A DNA stretch of 64,000 bases. Source: Giardia intestinalis. Its lineage: Eukaryota. Location of the stretch: assembly GCA_000002435.2 (NCBI GenBank), contig CM018789.1, one strand, 5' to 3'. The position numbers were made by a program, and so were the translations under genes. The notes beneath the pieces were generated by a model. That model made no database searches. It saw nothing but the letters and a program-made list of their open reading frames with translations, and was not told the DNA's origin. Below are positions 1-10,758 of the stretch, piece by piece; position 1 is the stretch's first letter, and the number at the start of each line of letters is the position of its first letter.

Positions 1-1528
1 CACTAGTCGCGCACTTTGAGCACCCATCCGGACACGCCGGGCAGGAACCCGAAGTGGTATCTGCTGCTTGCCCATTGGCACATGTCTGGCACTTTCCATC
101 GCTAGCCGTTGTGCACAGCGTATTACCCGGAAAGGCTCCGGCGCTGTAGCACCCACCCGATTGCAGGAAGTATGAGCCTGTACACGCAGTACATACTCCG
201 TCACCCGGCGTGCATCCAGTCGGCGCCCTTGTCGTTGTCGACACACAGACGCCGTCCACTGGGACGTATCCGGCCTTGCACCTGCTGCAGTACTTGGAGC
301 CACCTACGACGGCCTTGCACTGGTCAGCCTCGCAGTTCTCTGCGTACCTTCCCGTGCACTCTTTTATGCACGCTCCTGTGTCACCAGACGACCGATTCAG
401 CACAGACCCCGGATAGCAGGCCGTGCACGACGCTTCTGCGTCATTGCTACAGCTTGCGCACGACTCGTGGCAGGGGGTGCACACCTTGCTGTTGGCATAC
501 ATCCCGGCAGGGCAGGCTGTTAGACACGCGTCCTTCAGGGGGCTCAGGTTGTGAGTGGTGCACTCAGAGCACGTGATTAGTGGGCCTGCGCTTGCAGGAG
601 TTGCCTTGAGAGAGCACTTTGCACAATCCTCTATGCCACCATTGACAGTATCGCTGCACTTAGCACACACCTTCTTGCCCTGTGCATCGGCTGTGGGGAA
701 GAATCCATCCTTACACTCCTCTGCGCTAACACAAGAGGTTGTCCCCGATTCTGTCTTCAGATATTTGTCTTGATCACATTTTTCACAGACAACCTTAGTA
801 TCATATGTGCATTTGACACAATTTGGCACCCCTGTCGCGGCTGGAATTAAGCTTGCTTCAGGCGAACTACACGACTGGCAAGTCTTTAGCTGCTTTCCAC
901 TTGTTGCTGTGTGCCCGAAGTATCCTTCCGGGCATTCAGTCAGACATGCAGTTCCACCTTCGATTGGGGCGTGTAGAAAGTCAGTCGTACACTTAGTACA
1001 GGTCGCGGTGGTAGCTAAGTTATCTAGTGTGCATTCAGCACATCCTTCCACGCCCTTATAAATCTTGTCGCTTTTCCCGTTCGCTCCCTCACTGTCACTG
1101 CACGACACGACAGATTGATGAGAGGCGTCTGCATCTGTTGTTGGAATGATGAAGTATCCAGCTGCAGGAGTGCTACATTTTCCTTCAGGTGCACTAGTAC
1201 ACATTTCGTTCCCTGGAGAACCTCCCGAATTATAGCATCCGCTTTTGTACATGAAGTATCCATCTTTACAAGATCCGCACTTTCCTTCAACTGGATCAAT
1301 GCACTTCGTATTTGCTTGATCCGTTGCACTCACTACACACGTTCCGTCAACAAGGTGTTCGTTATCCACGGAACATTTTGAGCAATAAGGCTGTTCTCCT
1401 ATGGATACATCACAGTGACCCTTTTTACACTTAGTAGTGTCATGAGTCCCCGGATTTCCATCATCTTCCAGGCACGCTGCCCAAGCCAATTGCAATATGC
1501 AGTTTGCGAAGAGAATTTTTTCGAACAT
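1..1528 (-). CDS. Cysteine-rich surface protein (VSP / high-cysteine membrane protein family), 5' portion; C-terminus lies beyond window start
   Basis: The minus-strand frame is open from ATG at 1528 to the window start; it is absent from the ORF track because there is no in-window stop. Hand translation begins MFEKILFANCILQLAWAAC (signal peptide), followed by dense CXXC/CXC motifs (KCKKGHC, CSKCS, CGSCKDGY, CAKCSD, CTKCTTD) typical of Giardia VSP/HCMP. The plus-strand ORFs at 109-1381 are shadow ORFs. Confidence 0.75.
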   Translation of the reverse strand, partial: MFEKILFANCILQLAWAACLEDDGNPGTHDTTKCKKGHCDVSIGEQPYCSKCSVDNEHLVDGTCVVSATDQANTKCIDPVEGKCGSCKDGYFMYKSGCYNSGGSPGNEMCTSAPEGKCSTPAAGYFIIPTTDADASHQSVVSCSDSEGANGKSDKIYKGVEGCAECTLDNLATTATCTKCTTDFLHAPIEGGTACLTECPEGYFGHTATSGKQLKTCQSCSSPEASLIPAATGVPNCVKCTYDTKVVCEKCDQDKYLKTESGTTSCVSAEECKDGFFPTADAQGKKVCAKCSDTVNGGIEDCAKCSLKATPASAGPLITCSECTTHNLSPLKDACLTACPAGMYANSKVCTPCHESCASCSNDAEASCTACYPGSVLNRSSGDTGACIKECTGRYAENCEADQCKAVVGGSKYCSRCKAGYVPVDGVCVSTTTRAPTGCTPGDGVCTACTGSYFLQSGGCYSAGAFPGNTLCTTASDGKCQTCANGQAADTTSGSCPACPDGCSKCATS

Positions 1529-2002
1529 TAGCTAATAGCAGTAAGGAGTGTCCGAAAGATAGTCTCATCCTGCGCTTGCTCCTCTGCTCAGGCCCACGGT
1601 CTCCTGTCTCTGGCACTGAACCCTGAACTATGTGCTGGGCGGGCTTCAGAAGCGAAGAGCGGCGCACACTGTGAACGAAGAAAAACTGCAAGGTGAGACC
1701 ACAATTCTGCCATACAAGATCCCCTATAGCCACACGCTCATCATCAAAGTTCGATTTATTCCATCTAGATGAGCAAATGATACTTCGTACCTGTATCGAA
1801 TCTTAAACGTCTCGCCCACGCATTACTTACGTCGCTAAACCACCGTTCTGAGGGCGAGATATCTTTCAGCATTTATAACCAAAAAATTAAGCTCACCCAA
1901 AGTCAACGGAGCGCCAGCTACGTGTTATGGGCAGCGAAAGTACCAGAGCCAAAGAGTTCCTCTGATCGCCTGGCCGGAGCACATTTGTGATCTCCTATAC
2001 CT

Positions 2003-3997
2003 TCATTTAATTAGCGTCCTCTGGGAGGATGCATTCACCAGCCAGCCTGCTATAGTGCGGGGCGCAGACCACAAGTCACAGGGTGCTCCATGATATACTT
2101 CTGTAGTGGTGTCTGAGAGTTCGACTTGCAGGGCCTCGGCAACCCTAGTAAGGACCTCCACACGTTCTTCATCAGATCCAAATAGATCACACTCTATCGT
2201 TGACGGACCCCTTGTGCAATCATACGCAGAGATAATTAGAAGAGAGAAAGTAGTATTTGGCAGAGAGAGACCGTTTGAGACGAACTCATCCAATTTGATG
2301 GCTTGGGAGTTGTGCGCTGCAGCCTGAGAAATTGACGCCATATACCCCTCTGAAAAGGTGCACAGAGATGTTCGTCTACGAAACTGGCCAGCTTTAGATA
2401 TTTCAACATCGGGGACCATGTCTGAAAGATGCATCACGTAGTCGTGTATCTCTGTGTACTTTCCTGTGTCATATACGTAACTAGCCAAGCTAAAGGAGGC
2501 GATTACCGACTTTACAGGTTCTAACTTTCCTTCCTCATTCTGCAAGATAGCTGCTGAGGCATTAACACCAAATAACGCTTCTAAAACAAGATGTTGTGGG
2601 AAGTAGTCTATTCCAACTACCTCATCCACTGGTACTACAAGAGTTTGTAAGGCTCTGGCTGCCAGCTTAGCCCAAGTGAGACACACCGAGGTCCCGCTAC
2701 CATGGCCCACGCAGGTAAATCTCACCCTCTGTGAAATTAATTCTGTGGAAATATTTTGCTTGGCAAAGCAAGCCTCGATATGTCGAGCATCAGTCAACTC
2801 ATATTGTTTCGAGTCAGGATTGTATCTTGCAGGCAGCTGGCAACGCTCGCGAAGGTCAAATATCAACTCAGCTGCGAGCAGAAGAGCTATATTATTCACC
2901 ATCTTGGCCTCTGTGACAAGCTCCAGAGGATACTTCCCTACACTGGATGACCCATATCCGGGTCTATCTACGAGGACATAAAGGCACCCATATGGGTCCA
3001 GTGCCGATGCATTGCGAGCCAGAGGTAGAAGGGTGGTGCTGTCCTGCCCTTGATCATGAAGCATAATAGTTATGCAACTGTAAGTGCCTGAATCTTCTTG
3101 AGTAGACCTAGCGATGTCGAGACTCGCCGAAGATATGTATCTTCCTGTTTGCATCTCATCATCAACATAACTATACAGGATAACTGAGCGGCTTGTCAGG
3201 GATTTTGAGGAGGACGTGGCCAATAAGTAAGTCTGTGAGCAAAGAAAAATGTGGATACAAAGGGATAAAATTAATAGGATTGCTACTATTGCTAATCGTG
3301 CCGTTACTGGGATATTAGATAGTCTGGATGTCTTTGGTTGCTCGACAGTACTAAGAACGTCCTCAACCTCAGGCTGGTCGAAGAGTAGCGCGTTATCACC
3401 TTCACATTGAGCCCCATTATAACCGCCATCAGATACTTTTGAGGGGTCAAAGCAGGCCACCTCCGCCCTGGTGGATTGGCTTGGGGTTAAACTCTCGATT
3501 GGTGTTTCCGAAAGCAGAGATGCGGTAGTAGATGGAGCAGTCTGAGTGTTGCGAAGTTTGTGCGATAAATGACTTTGTGCAGAAATCCAGAGAACACTTA
3601 TGTGTAGAAGGATGGCTGTACTTAAATAGACCACTGCTGCGGAGACATACCTAAGAGCATATGTCATAAATATATCCACTCCTATCTTCAATACGGCTAT
3701 GACACTGATAAAGATTAACTCAAGAGAAGACTTACGGTTTCTGAAAAATATCACGGCAATAAGTTCAAAGAGCACAGAAAATGCATCAAGAGCATTGGCA
3801 ACAGCCATCCAGAGAATCATCCACGGGCCTATTGGTGAACTATAGTCCATGACACCCACAAGTGGAAGTGATTGCGCAATAATTCCAATAACAGATTGGA
3901 GGGTTCCTATTACTGCGATACACGTAAGGCAGAGCTCAACGATGAACAGAGAGCCCTCCCTGGTGCAGGCCCCGGGGCGCCTAAAGGCAGCCGGCAT
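2003..3997 (-). CDS. Multi-pass membrane protein with C-terminal alpha/beta-hydrolase-fold domain
   Basis: 664-aa ORF with an ATG start and a 4-5 helix hydrophobic N-terminus, followed by an abhydrolase-like 'YVLVDRPGYGSS' motif and, about 90 aa later, a nucleophile-elbow-like 'VGHGSGTS'. An AT-rich 'AAATTATTTTCAG' lies directly 5' of the ATG. Confidence 0.55.
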   Translation of the reverse strand: MPAAFRRPGACTREGSLFIVELCLTCIAVIGTLQSVIGIIAQSLPLVGVMDYSSPIGPWMILWMAVANALDAFSVLFELIAVIFFRNRKSSLELIFISVIAVLKIGVDIFMTYALRYVSAAVVYLSTAILLHISVLWISAQSHLSHKLRNTQTAPSTTASLLSETPIESLTPSQSTRAEVACFDPSKVSDGGYNGAQCEGDNALLFDQPEVEDVLSTVEQPKTSRLSNIPVTARLAIVAILLILSLCIHIFLCSQTYLLATSSSKSLTSRSVILYSYVDDEMQTGRYISSASLDIARSTQEDSGTYSCITIMLHDQGQDSTTLLPLARNASALDPYGCLYVLVDRPGYGSSSVGKYPLELVTEAKMVNNIALLLAAELIFDLRERCQLPARYNPDSKQYELTDARHIEACFAKQNISTELISQRVRFTCVGHGSGTSVCLTWAKLAARALQTLVVPVDEVVGIDYFPQHLVLEALFGVNASAAILQNEEGKLEPVKSVIASFSLASYVYDTGKYTEIHDYVMHLSDMVPDVEISKAGQFRRRTSLCTFSEGYMASISQAAAHNSQAIKLDEFVSNGLSLPNTTFSLLIISAYDCTRGPSTIECDLFGSDEERVEVLTRVAEALQVELSDTTTEVYHGAPCDLWSAPRTIAGWLVNASSQRTLIK

Positions 3998-4008
3998 CTG
4001 AAAATAAT

Positions 4009-4590
4009 TTACTTGGCTGTGGCTGCTCCGGGTTTTGAGACACTTATGTGTGCATGCCCTGGTTTATCAGGCGACGTCTCACCGTCCCGACACAGGAGAG
4101 ACTCTGCCTCTACGTACGTATCTGAAAACCTAATGCTGCACCCAGGACCTTCCTTGATCTGGTGAGCTATGACGACACGGCTCGAAGGCTCGTCCTGTCG
4201 AGACTCCCGCAGGAATTTGTTGTATGCAGCAATAACAGATTGGTCTATGTGAGAGGGTTCGCTAAAGAGTGTGGGCTGCGTGGTGTCGCAAACTAGCCCA
4301 TCCGGGGATTGATGCAGGAAATTGCAGCGTCGACCATACGGGCAGTATCCATGCGTGATGAAATCTGTGCACAATTTCATATCCTTCACATTGCTTCTGC
4401 GCCTATGCTGAAACTCCTCCATGGAGTGGGCAAATTGGCAACGGTCCCCATAATCACATCTACCAAACTCTGCAAAGCAATTACAAAATTCAGTCTTGTA
4501 TTTTGCTCCTGTGGATGAGCTCGTCTGGCCTACCGCTAGGGACTCCGCGTTCCGAAGGGAAGACTCCATATTGCGCATCACTATGCTCAT
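4009..4590 (-). CDS. Tandem CCCH zinc-finger protein, TIS11/tristetraprolin family
   Basis: Two C-x8-C-x5-C-x3-H fingers carrying the family lead-in YKTEFC: 'YKTEFCNCFAEFGRCDYGDRCQFAH' and 'KLCTDFITHGYCPYGRRCNFLH'. Confidence 0.8.
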   Translation of the reverse strand: MSIVMRNMESSLRNAESLAVGQTSSSTGAKYKTEFCNCFAEFGRCDYGDRCQFAHSMEEFQHRRRSNVKDMKLCTDFITHGYCPYGRRCNFLHQSPDGLVCDTTQPTLFSEPSHIDQSVIAAYNKFLRESRQDEPSSRVVIAHQIKEGPGCSIRFSDTYVEAESLLCRDGETSPDKPGHAHISVSKPGAATAK

Positions 4591-4629
4591 CCTTTATTTT
4601 TTGAAAAATTATTTAAATGGAAAAGAAAG

Positions 4630-5691
4630 CTATTCCGTCTTCCCTCCCAAAGGCAGCTCTACCCAGTCTGCTTGCATGATGAGCTCGTCTATATTCAAGT
4701 CTTCCCAGCGCATGCCATCTATTGGATCAGGATCCACGACCTTGGCAAGATATTGGTCCTGAATCCCCTCTTCACTAGAGTTCAATTTATGCAGAAAATC
4801 CTCAAGGTTCTGTAAGTACAACATGTTGATATGCTCGAAGATCATCTCTACATGACCACGCCTAGAATCCTCTACACCCCCTTCCCCTCGCTGGAAGCCA
4901 CAATCGCTGAGATACAACGTGGTAATCTGCGCTGTGAGATCACTATCAATGGGTACGCCGTACCTCAGCTCTTGGAACTTTGGACTGCATAGAACAGCCT
5001 GCAAGATCGCATCTCCTTCTTCCTCATCCACCCCTAAACTTTGAAGCGCCTTCATGGCACAATCAGTGAATGACACTTCCGAACTCATGTTTCTTAGTAT
5101 ACACACGGTGCCCGTGAGAGCCCGGCCATCGATGCCTTGCTGTGTAAGATGGTTGATAAAATGCGACAGAGACAGACAGCCCCGCCTGCATTTCATCTTG
5201 GAGAGCTCTCTGGCTGCCATCCGTATCAGGTTCTCTGCTGAATCTGCCTCCTGCGGCTTCAGTATCGAAAGAAGGAGCAGCACTATCTCGTCTTGGGTGA
5301 TAAAGAGCCTCTGCACTCTTCCAGACGGATAGAGTCCAAGCACAAGTAGCAGGTCAGAGAAGGCATCCTTCCACGGCTGTGGGTCGTCGACTAGGCGATC
5401 CACAGTAGCAGACCATAATGCGGTTACAAGGCGCAGCAGAATCTCGTCGTCAACGGCTTCGAGCATAGAGGCAAGATCTGAAAGCCGCAGATCCTGTCCA
5501 CTCTGCTTGTGGAGCTCTGCTGATGCGTCGCTAAACAGTTGCTGCGTGGCCTCAGCAAACTGCAAAACGTCATTGTTACCGGTTTCTGTCATTAGAAATA
5601 GCTGGATCAAGCGCTCGAAGTCCTCAGGTGTTGAGACACCAAGGTACCTTGCTTCGAGGTACACAGAAAAGACAAGGGGCCTCTGGACCAT
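4630..5691 (-). CDS. Hypothetical protein (353 aa), alpha-helical
   Basis: Long ORF with an ATG start; stop 39 bp upstream of the next gene's start; no recognisable motif. Confidence 0.6.
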   Translation of the reverse strand: MVQRPLVFSVYLEARYLGVSTPEDFERLIQLFLMTETGNNDVLQFAEATQQLFSDASAELHKQSGQDLRLSDLASMLEAVDDEILLRLVTALWSATVDRLVDDPQPWKDAFSDLLLVLGLYPSGRVQRLFITQDEIVLLLLSILKPQEADSAENLIRMAARELSKMKCRRGCLSLSHFINHLTQQGIDGRALTGTVCILRNMSSEVSFTDCAMKALQSLGVDEEEGDAILQAVLCSPKFQELRYGVPIDSDLTAQITTLYLSDCGFQRGEGGVEDSRRGHVEMIFEHINMLYLQNLEDFLHKLNSSEEGIQDQYLAKVVDPDPIDGMRWEDLNIDELIMQADWVELPLGGKTE

Positions 5692-5722
5692 TTTTTCTTT
5701 GAGACGATTTGTGACAAGGACC

Positions 5723-8700
5723 CTAAAACTCTAGGCTGTTACAAGGGTACGTAGATTTAACTTCTGCGGGTGTAGGTGTACGTGGACCAAGAAATTCCGT
5801 GGCGTGTACTGAGGGGTTCCGAACTGAGATTGTTTGAACAGTATAGCACCAGAAGCAAGACTTATTAAACTTTTTCACCGGAGAAAGTTGCAGAGAAGAA
5901 GTCGTGGGGGATGCTGGGGATTCTATAGTCTCGAGCTGGAGAGCGTCAACTCCGTTCATAAATAGTTCTCTGGTAAACTTGAGACTCAGGCGAGCATCAC
6001 TGGCGACAACTGGGATAGAACCTGTTGTGACACCATTCATTATAGAACGCGCCCATCTCTGGGCGCTGGAAAACTCCTCCACTTTTAAGATTTGTCGCGC
6101 ATACACAAACAGCCTACTATGGAGCATAAGAAGAGCGATAGTGGGAACGATATACGGTCCCATATAATCGGGGGACTTGAAGCTAAATTTCTCCGACGGT
6201 ACAACACATTGCAGTAAGCAAGTAAGAATATCAGTTGAAGAGATGATAGAGCTTATTGATTCAGGGATGAATAGATAAACCACGTTATTGTGCCCTATCC
6301 AAGGGAGTTTTAAGGGATGGATGCGACCAACCTTGGGTCCGAGTACCCTCTCTTTAGTGACACTCTTTACGAGTGAATTTGCCTCTGCTGATACGCCTGA
6401 CTTCTGCTCGTTGTAAACAAAGTGCACCATGTAAAAGTAGATCTCAGACTGAGAGAATAAGGACGGCTGTATTTCTAAGGCTGGCCTAGGCAAGTATATG
6501 AGCGTTGCACGATTGGACGACAGATAACGCCCGTAGCGCACGAAGAAGGACTCCTCTGGCTCTATGCCTCGGCACTTGCGGGATTCGATATACCGGTATC
6601 TGCCTTTGAATGTGTCAGTGACAAATGATATGTTATCAACGGCCCAGCAAGAGAGTCTTCGAGAGTTCCCCTCTAGCATATCAGGAGGTGTGGCTTGGTC
6701 GATTACATAGACATGCGTGCCATTTGGGAGCACATTAAATTCATACAGCTCACTGTTCTTGGTCTCGTCAGCATCCAAGATGTCATTAAGAAGTCCGCAC
6801 GGGGAAGAGTAAAGGCTATCGGATATATCCATCACCTTGTGATATGCTCCCTCCTTCAAGGTGTAGCGCAACAGCATCCCAACCTCAAGCCGATCTGCCA
6901 CTAACTTTGGTAAAATAAGGCGAAAGAAGCTGCAATCCACGTGAGTATTCTGGTAGTACTCTGTTATGATAAAGCCCATGACAAGTGTCATTTTAGATAG
7001 CTTTCCTGGGGTCTCAATAGTAGGAGATACTATTTTGGTTCGAAAGCTGCTGTTCATCAGGTCCAGAACGTGCTGACCTAGCTGCTCGCACTCCTTGCCC
7101 CTAAGAAGGAGCACTACACGACCTATTAACCAATGTTGCTGAATGGGTGGTCGCAAAAGAGATCCATGCAATTCGCACGTATTCCTGTGGGTCTTATTAT
7201 GTGAAGTAAGCGTTATAGTCACCAGGTGGCCCAGATAATTCGTTGGAGTGTTGGTAGAGAAATGGCGCTCGTAGCCATTACACAATCGGACAAAGCCAAA
7301 TGAGGTGTGCGTCTCCGCTCTTTTGGTACTCTCCTGCCAATACACACTTGCGTGGATAACCCGAGCAGACGTCGCTGCTCCTTCCACAGCTTGCCTTTTC
7401 CCCCTTTTCATCTTGCCCCAAAGATCCTTTGTTGCCAGAACTCCGTCACATGGATTGTAGTAGTCCAAAAAGCGGACGTCCAACGCTATATAGACTGCAC
7501 TTGTCCCATTAAATGGCACAACTGTGCAGCGGACACGTGCCCTAGCGAAAAACGGACGCTTAAATTCCGGCGTATCATCATGTACGTTTTTCCCTTGCTT
7601 GCTCTGAGCGGACGGGGTCTTTCTATAGCATATCCTACTGTTTTGCATGGAAGCCGGAACAGTCCAAATAGCGAGGGAATGAACCCAGCCGTCTACCCGG
7701 AGAGGATCCTCAAATGAAATGACGGCCAAGTTAAAGCTAGGAAAATGATAGCGGACATACCCCACAACAGAACGCAGACCCTCTAGTGAGATGTTACTCA
7801 TACCTTGAGAAAAGAACAAGTGGCGTGAACAATCAAGCGTAGCAAGTAGGTCTACAGACTCGTGGAAGCTACCAGTTGTGGAGTGGTTTTCGTCGTAGCA
7901 GGAAAGGCCGTTTGTACGGGTCGTATCACTAGCTGTCTGCGGATTCAAGTAGCTGTGCGTACGCACATCAGATGATAACTCTGACACATCAGTGATATTT
8001 GTAATGACAGGAAAGAAGGTCCTCTTTGGGGTGGAGACTGCGCTAGAGGTAATAAAGGGGTTGTTCGAAACGGGGGCCGGGGCATCAATTGCCGGAAACA
8101 ACAGCATGCTATTGCTATTACTGTTTGTCAATGGAAATAGTAACCCCGAGTCGACACGATGGTACACACCGGAAGGTCCTTGTTCCACAGAGGTCTTAAA
8201 TTGCGGGACGGAGAAGGACTGCTGCTGAGATAGGCAAATAGAAGTAGAAGGCGAAGGTGGATTCGATGCCTCCTCCAGAAACGTGGGATCGAATAGACTC
8301 TCTGGGCTCTGATCAAAGTAATACTTCGGAGTACTCAGATTGATACCGTTACTTATGAGAAACGGATTAGCAGGAGAGCCAGGGACATCTATAAGCAAAT
8401 CGGGGACAGATGAAATCGCAGGCAAAACGGGCTTCGCCGGAGTCTGTTCATCACGAAGCAAGGGCGTGAAACTGGTGTCGAAAGAAATGAAGCCAGTTCC
8501 TTTACAGCGCAGAGAGATAACTTCTATTTCAGTAAGGCATATGCTCTTGCCGTTAAAGAATAACTCAGCACAAGTGCACTGTCCTAACAAAGAATCACCT
8601 TCTTCTAGAATTGGAAAATCACTGGAGTCTGCTAAGTGCGAAGATCCTGCTCTCTCAGACAAGGAAATGTATCGTAGAATAGCACACATGAGCGTGTTGG

Positions 8701-10735
8701 TATGGACAAAAACACAGGGAGCCGAAGAATTGCTTCTATTGATCCCATGAGAAAGCATGGCCTCAAGCACCCTTTCGCGGACAGCATTAGAATTTCCTGG
8801 GCTAAGCTCTCCACCTAGAGGGGTGTTACTGGATAAGAAGACCAAGGGCGCGTTAGCATACCAAATAACTTCGAAAGGTACGGGAATAGTAAAGCGGGCT
8901 ACGTGTGCACAGACAACGGCAGTCCAAGTACTGAGACCTCCGCACAGACTGCAGGACACCTCCCCAGTGCGAAGAAGCAGTTCGTGCTCTTCCACGGATG
9001 AACAACTCTGACAAGACACACCGGGAAGACAAGATAAGTGCGAATATATTCCTGCAAAGGATTGCGAGTAAAGCAGCGGGGATTTGCTAATATTGCTAGC
9101 GGCAAGGCTATTGCTAGTGATATGCTGATTAGTGGCGGAGAATTGAGCTACACGTACATCAGACCACAGTGAGGTTATGGTCTTGACGTCCAAGTCAATG
9201 GAAACGGGTGCAGTTCTGGTAATGAAACCGATCAGGCTTTTATACTGTGCAGCTGATATGTTGAAAAGTTGATGCTCACGGCCCGTAGTTGCTATTTCTA
9301 ATAACAAGTCAGAGGTATCATTGTCAACTTTTCCATAGAATCGAATAGGCAGCTGAATATCAACTATAAGTAAGCCAGTGTGAAGCAAAGAGGATGCTCG
9401 AATGCTCCACGACGGTAGCAGAGACGGGGTCTCGCTAGAGACATATAAATCCATAACGCATAGGTTAGAGGCTGTCCACAGACAATACAAAGGTGATCCT
9501 ATTTGTACAAGAACCTCGTACAATAGCCGCGATAGCCTGCTAATGGCCAGAATAATAAAGCTATAGCCCGCAACGGTAACACGGAGGGCAACTGCAGCCC
9601 AAAATGTGTCTCTCAGAGCCTTTGACGGCTCAACTTTCTCAGCCTTGGTGGAGCTGGCGTGGGCGGTGAAAGCAGGCGACTGATTGATAGACAATGGCTG
9701 ATCCTCTAGCTTTTTAGTATGAGCAGAAGCTCCGCTGGAAGGAACACATGGCTCTATAGACAGAATCTCCACAAACTCGCTCAAGTAGGTGGGATAAAGG
9801 CGAACAGATGTAACAACACGTTGGGTACCCGAGGACGCTTGTTGTACCACCGGTTCAGTAGTAAGGAGCACACCCTGCAGCAAAACTGAAAAAGGGTCAA
9901 CAGAGGCTATGCCTGAATTACAATTATATGGAAGAAGATCCAAGGCGAGGTTAGCATAAATGCAGGAGGTTGTAGTAACTGAAAACGATGTAGAAGTTAC
10001 ACGAGTTATGAGACCAAATTCCTTGACTTGACTTGTAGAAGGAGCAGAACTAAAAGCCTGATCTGGTTGCAAATTGGCCTCAACGTAGAAGGGTGGCAAC
10101 GTCAGTTTGACCATCCTCCTTCTGGTTGACGGAGAGGCCACAAGGCGAACACGCTGCAGAGCTGAAGGAGGCATGGCCAGGTCCTCGAGGATTTCACGTC
10201 CACCTTTCACCACAAGCAAAACATTACCAGAGCCAAAGATACTGTGAGACCCAAGAGTAAGTAAATGCGTTGCACAATAGTAAGCTCTTCCAGATAGACC
10301 GAGGAGGCCTGTGCTATAGAACAGCTCCAGAAGAACGTCTAACGAGACCGCCTCGGAAAGCAAGGTGCTATGGTCAAGGGCAGCTAAGGTAATAAGGTCG
10401 ATGCTGCTCTTAAGAACAAAAGTAACGAGGCTATACCAAGCAGCTGGTGTTTTCAAACAGAGCGCACCCAAGACGTGGACCAGATCTGTACTAGTCAAAT
10501 TCACAGCCTCTCCATTTTGAAGAATAATCGGGGCTACGCCAAAAAGCTGGAACATGGCCGATTGGTTGAATTGCGCCACTTGCGCCAATGAAATGCATCG
10601 CTCTTCGCGGACATCACAATCCTTTCGGATTGTAATAAGTGCTTGATCGTCTTGCTGTGTCGCATTCGATTGCAAAGATGAGGGATCGGAAATAGGCCTC
10701 ATATCCACCCTCCTTACATTGAGTTTTTTAGTCAT
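5723..10735 (-). CDS. Large hypothetical protein (1670 aa), lineage-specific
   Basis: 5-kb uninterrupted ORF with ATG start; a chance open frame of this length is excluded. No conserved catalytic motif recognised. Confidence 0.8.
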   Translation of the reverse strand: MTKKLNVRRVDMRPISDPSSLQSNATQQDDQALITIRKDCDVREERCISLAQVAQFNQSAMFQLFGVAPIILQNGEAVNLTSTDLVHVLGALCLKTPAAWYSLVTFVLKSSIDLITLAALDHSTLLSEAVSLDVLLELFYSTGLLGLSGRAYYCATHLLTLGSHSIFGSGNVLLVVKGGREILEDLAMPPSALQRVRLVASPSTRRRMVKLTLPPFYVEANLQPDQAFSSAPSTSQVKEFGLITRVTSTSFSVTTTSCIYANLALDLLPYNCNSGIASVDPFSVLLQGVLLTTEPVVQQASSGTQRVVTSVRLYPTYLSEFVEILSIEPCVPSSGASAHTKKLEDQPLSINQSPAFTAHASSTKAEKVEPSKALRDTFWAAVALRVTVAGYSFIILAISRLSRLLYEVLVQIGSPLYCLWTASNLCVMDLYVSSETPSLLPSWSIRASSLLHTGLLIVDIQLPIRFYGKVDNDTSDLLLEIATTGREHQLFNISAAQYKSLIGFITRTAPVSIDLDVKTITSLWSDVRVAQFSATNQHITSNSLAASNISKSPLLYSQSFAGIYSHLSCLPGVSCQSCSSVEEHELLLRTGEVSCSLCGGLSTWTAVVCAHVARFTIPVPFEVIWYANAPLVFLSSNTPLGGELSPGNSNAVRERVLEAMLSHGINRSNSSAPCVFVHTNTLMCAILRYISLSERAGSSHLADSSDFPILEEGDSLLGQCTCAELFFNGKSICLTEIEVISLRCKGTGFISFDTSFTPLLRDEQTPAKPVLPAISSVPDLLIDVPGSPANPFLISNGINLSTPKYYFDQSPESLFDPTFLEEASNPPSPSTSICLSQQQSFSVPQFKTSVEQGPSGVYHRVDSGLLFPLTNSNSNSMLLFPAIDAPAPVSNNPFITSSAVSTPKRTFFPVITNITDVSELSSDVRTHSYLNPQTASDTTRTNGLSCYDENHSTTGSFHESVDLLATLDCSRHLFFSQGMSNISLEGLRSVVGYVRYHFPSFNLAVISFEDPLRVDGWVHSLAIWTVPASMQNSRICYRKTPSAQSKQGKNVHDDTPEFKRPFFARARVRCTVVPFNGTSAVYIALDVRFLDYYNPCDGVLATKDLWGKMKRGKRQAVEGAATSARVIHASVYWQESTKRAETHTSFGFVRLCNGYERHFSTNTPTNYLGHLVTITLTSHNKTHRNTCELHGSLLRPPIQQHWLIGRVVLLLRGKECEQLGQHVLDLMNSSFRTKIVSPTIETPGKLSKMTLVMGFIITEYYQNTHVDCSFFRLILPKLVADRLEVGMLLRYTLKEGAYHKVMDISDSLYSSPCGLLNDILDADETKNSELYEFNVLPNGTHVYVIDQATPPDMLEGNSRRLSCWAVDNISFVTDTFKGRYRYIESRKCRGIEPEESFFVRYGRYLSSNRATLIYLPRPALEIQPSLFSQSEIYFYMVHFVYNEQKSGVSAEANSLVKSVTKERVLGPKVGRIHPLKLPWIGHNNVVYLFIPESISSIISSTDILTCLLQCVVPSEKFSFKSPDYMGPYIVPTIALLMLHSRLFVYARQILKVEEFSSAQRWARSIMNGVTTGSIPVVASDARLSLKFTRELFMNGVDALQLETIESPASPTTSSLQLSPVKKFNKSCFWCYTVQTISVRNPSVHATEFLGPRTPTPAEVKSTYPCNSLEF

Positions 10736-10758
10736 ATTACGGTCGCAATTAAGGAATT

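Noticed and set aside
109-1381. Plus-strand ORFs (155, 72, 84, 88 aa) across the first 1.4 kb
   Set aside because: They are shadow frames of the minus-strand cysteine-rich surface-protein gene, whose frame is continuously open to the window edge; they are arginine/cysteine-rich with no start context.
1740-1760. tRNA-like T-loop string AGTTCGATT
   Set aside because: It has no flanking acceptor or T-stem complementarity and no D-loop or anticodon context. No tRNA is supported anywhere in the window.
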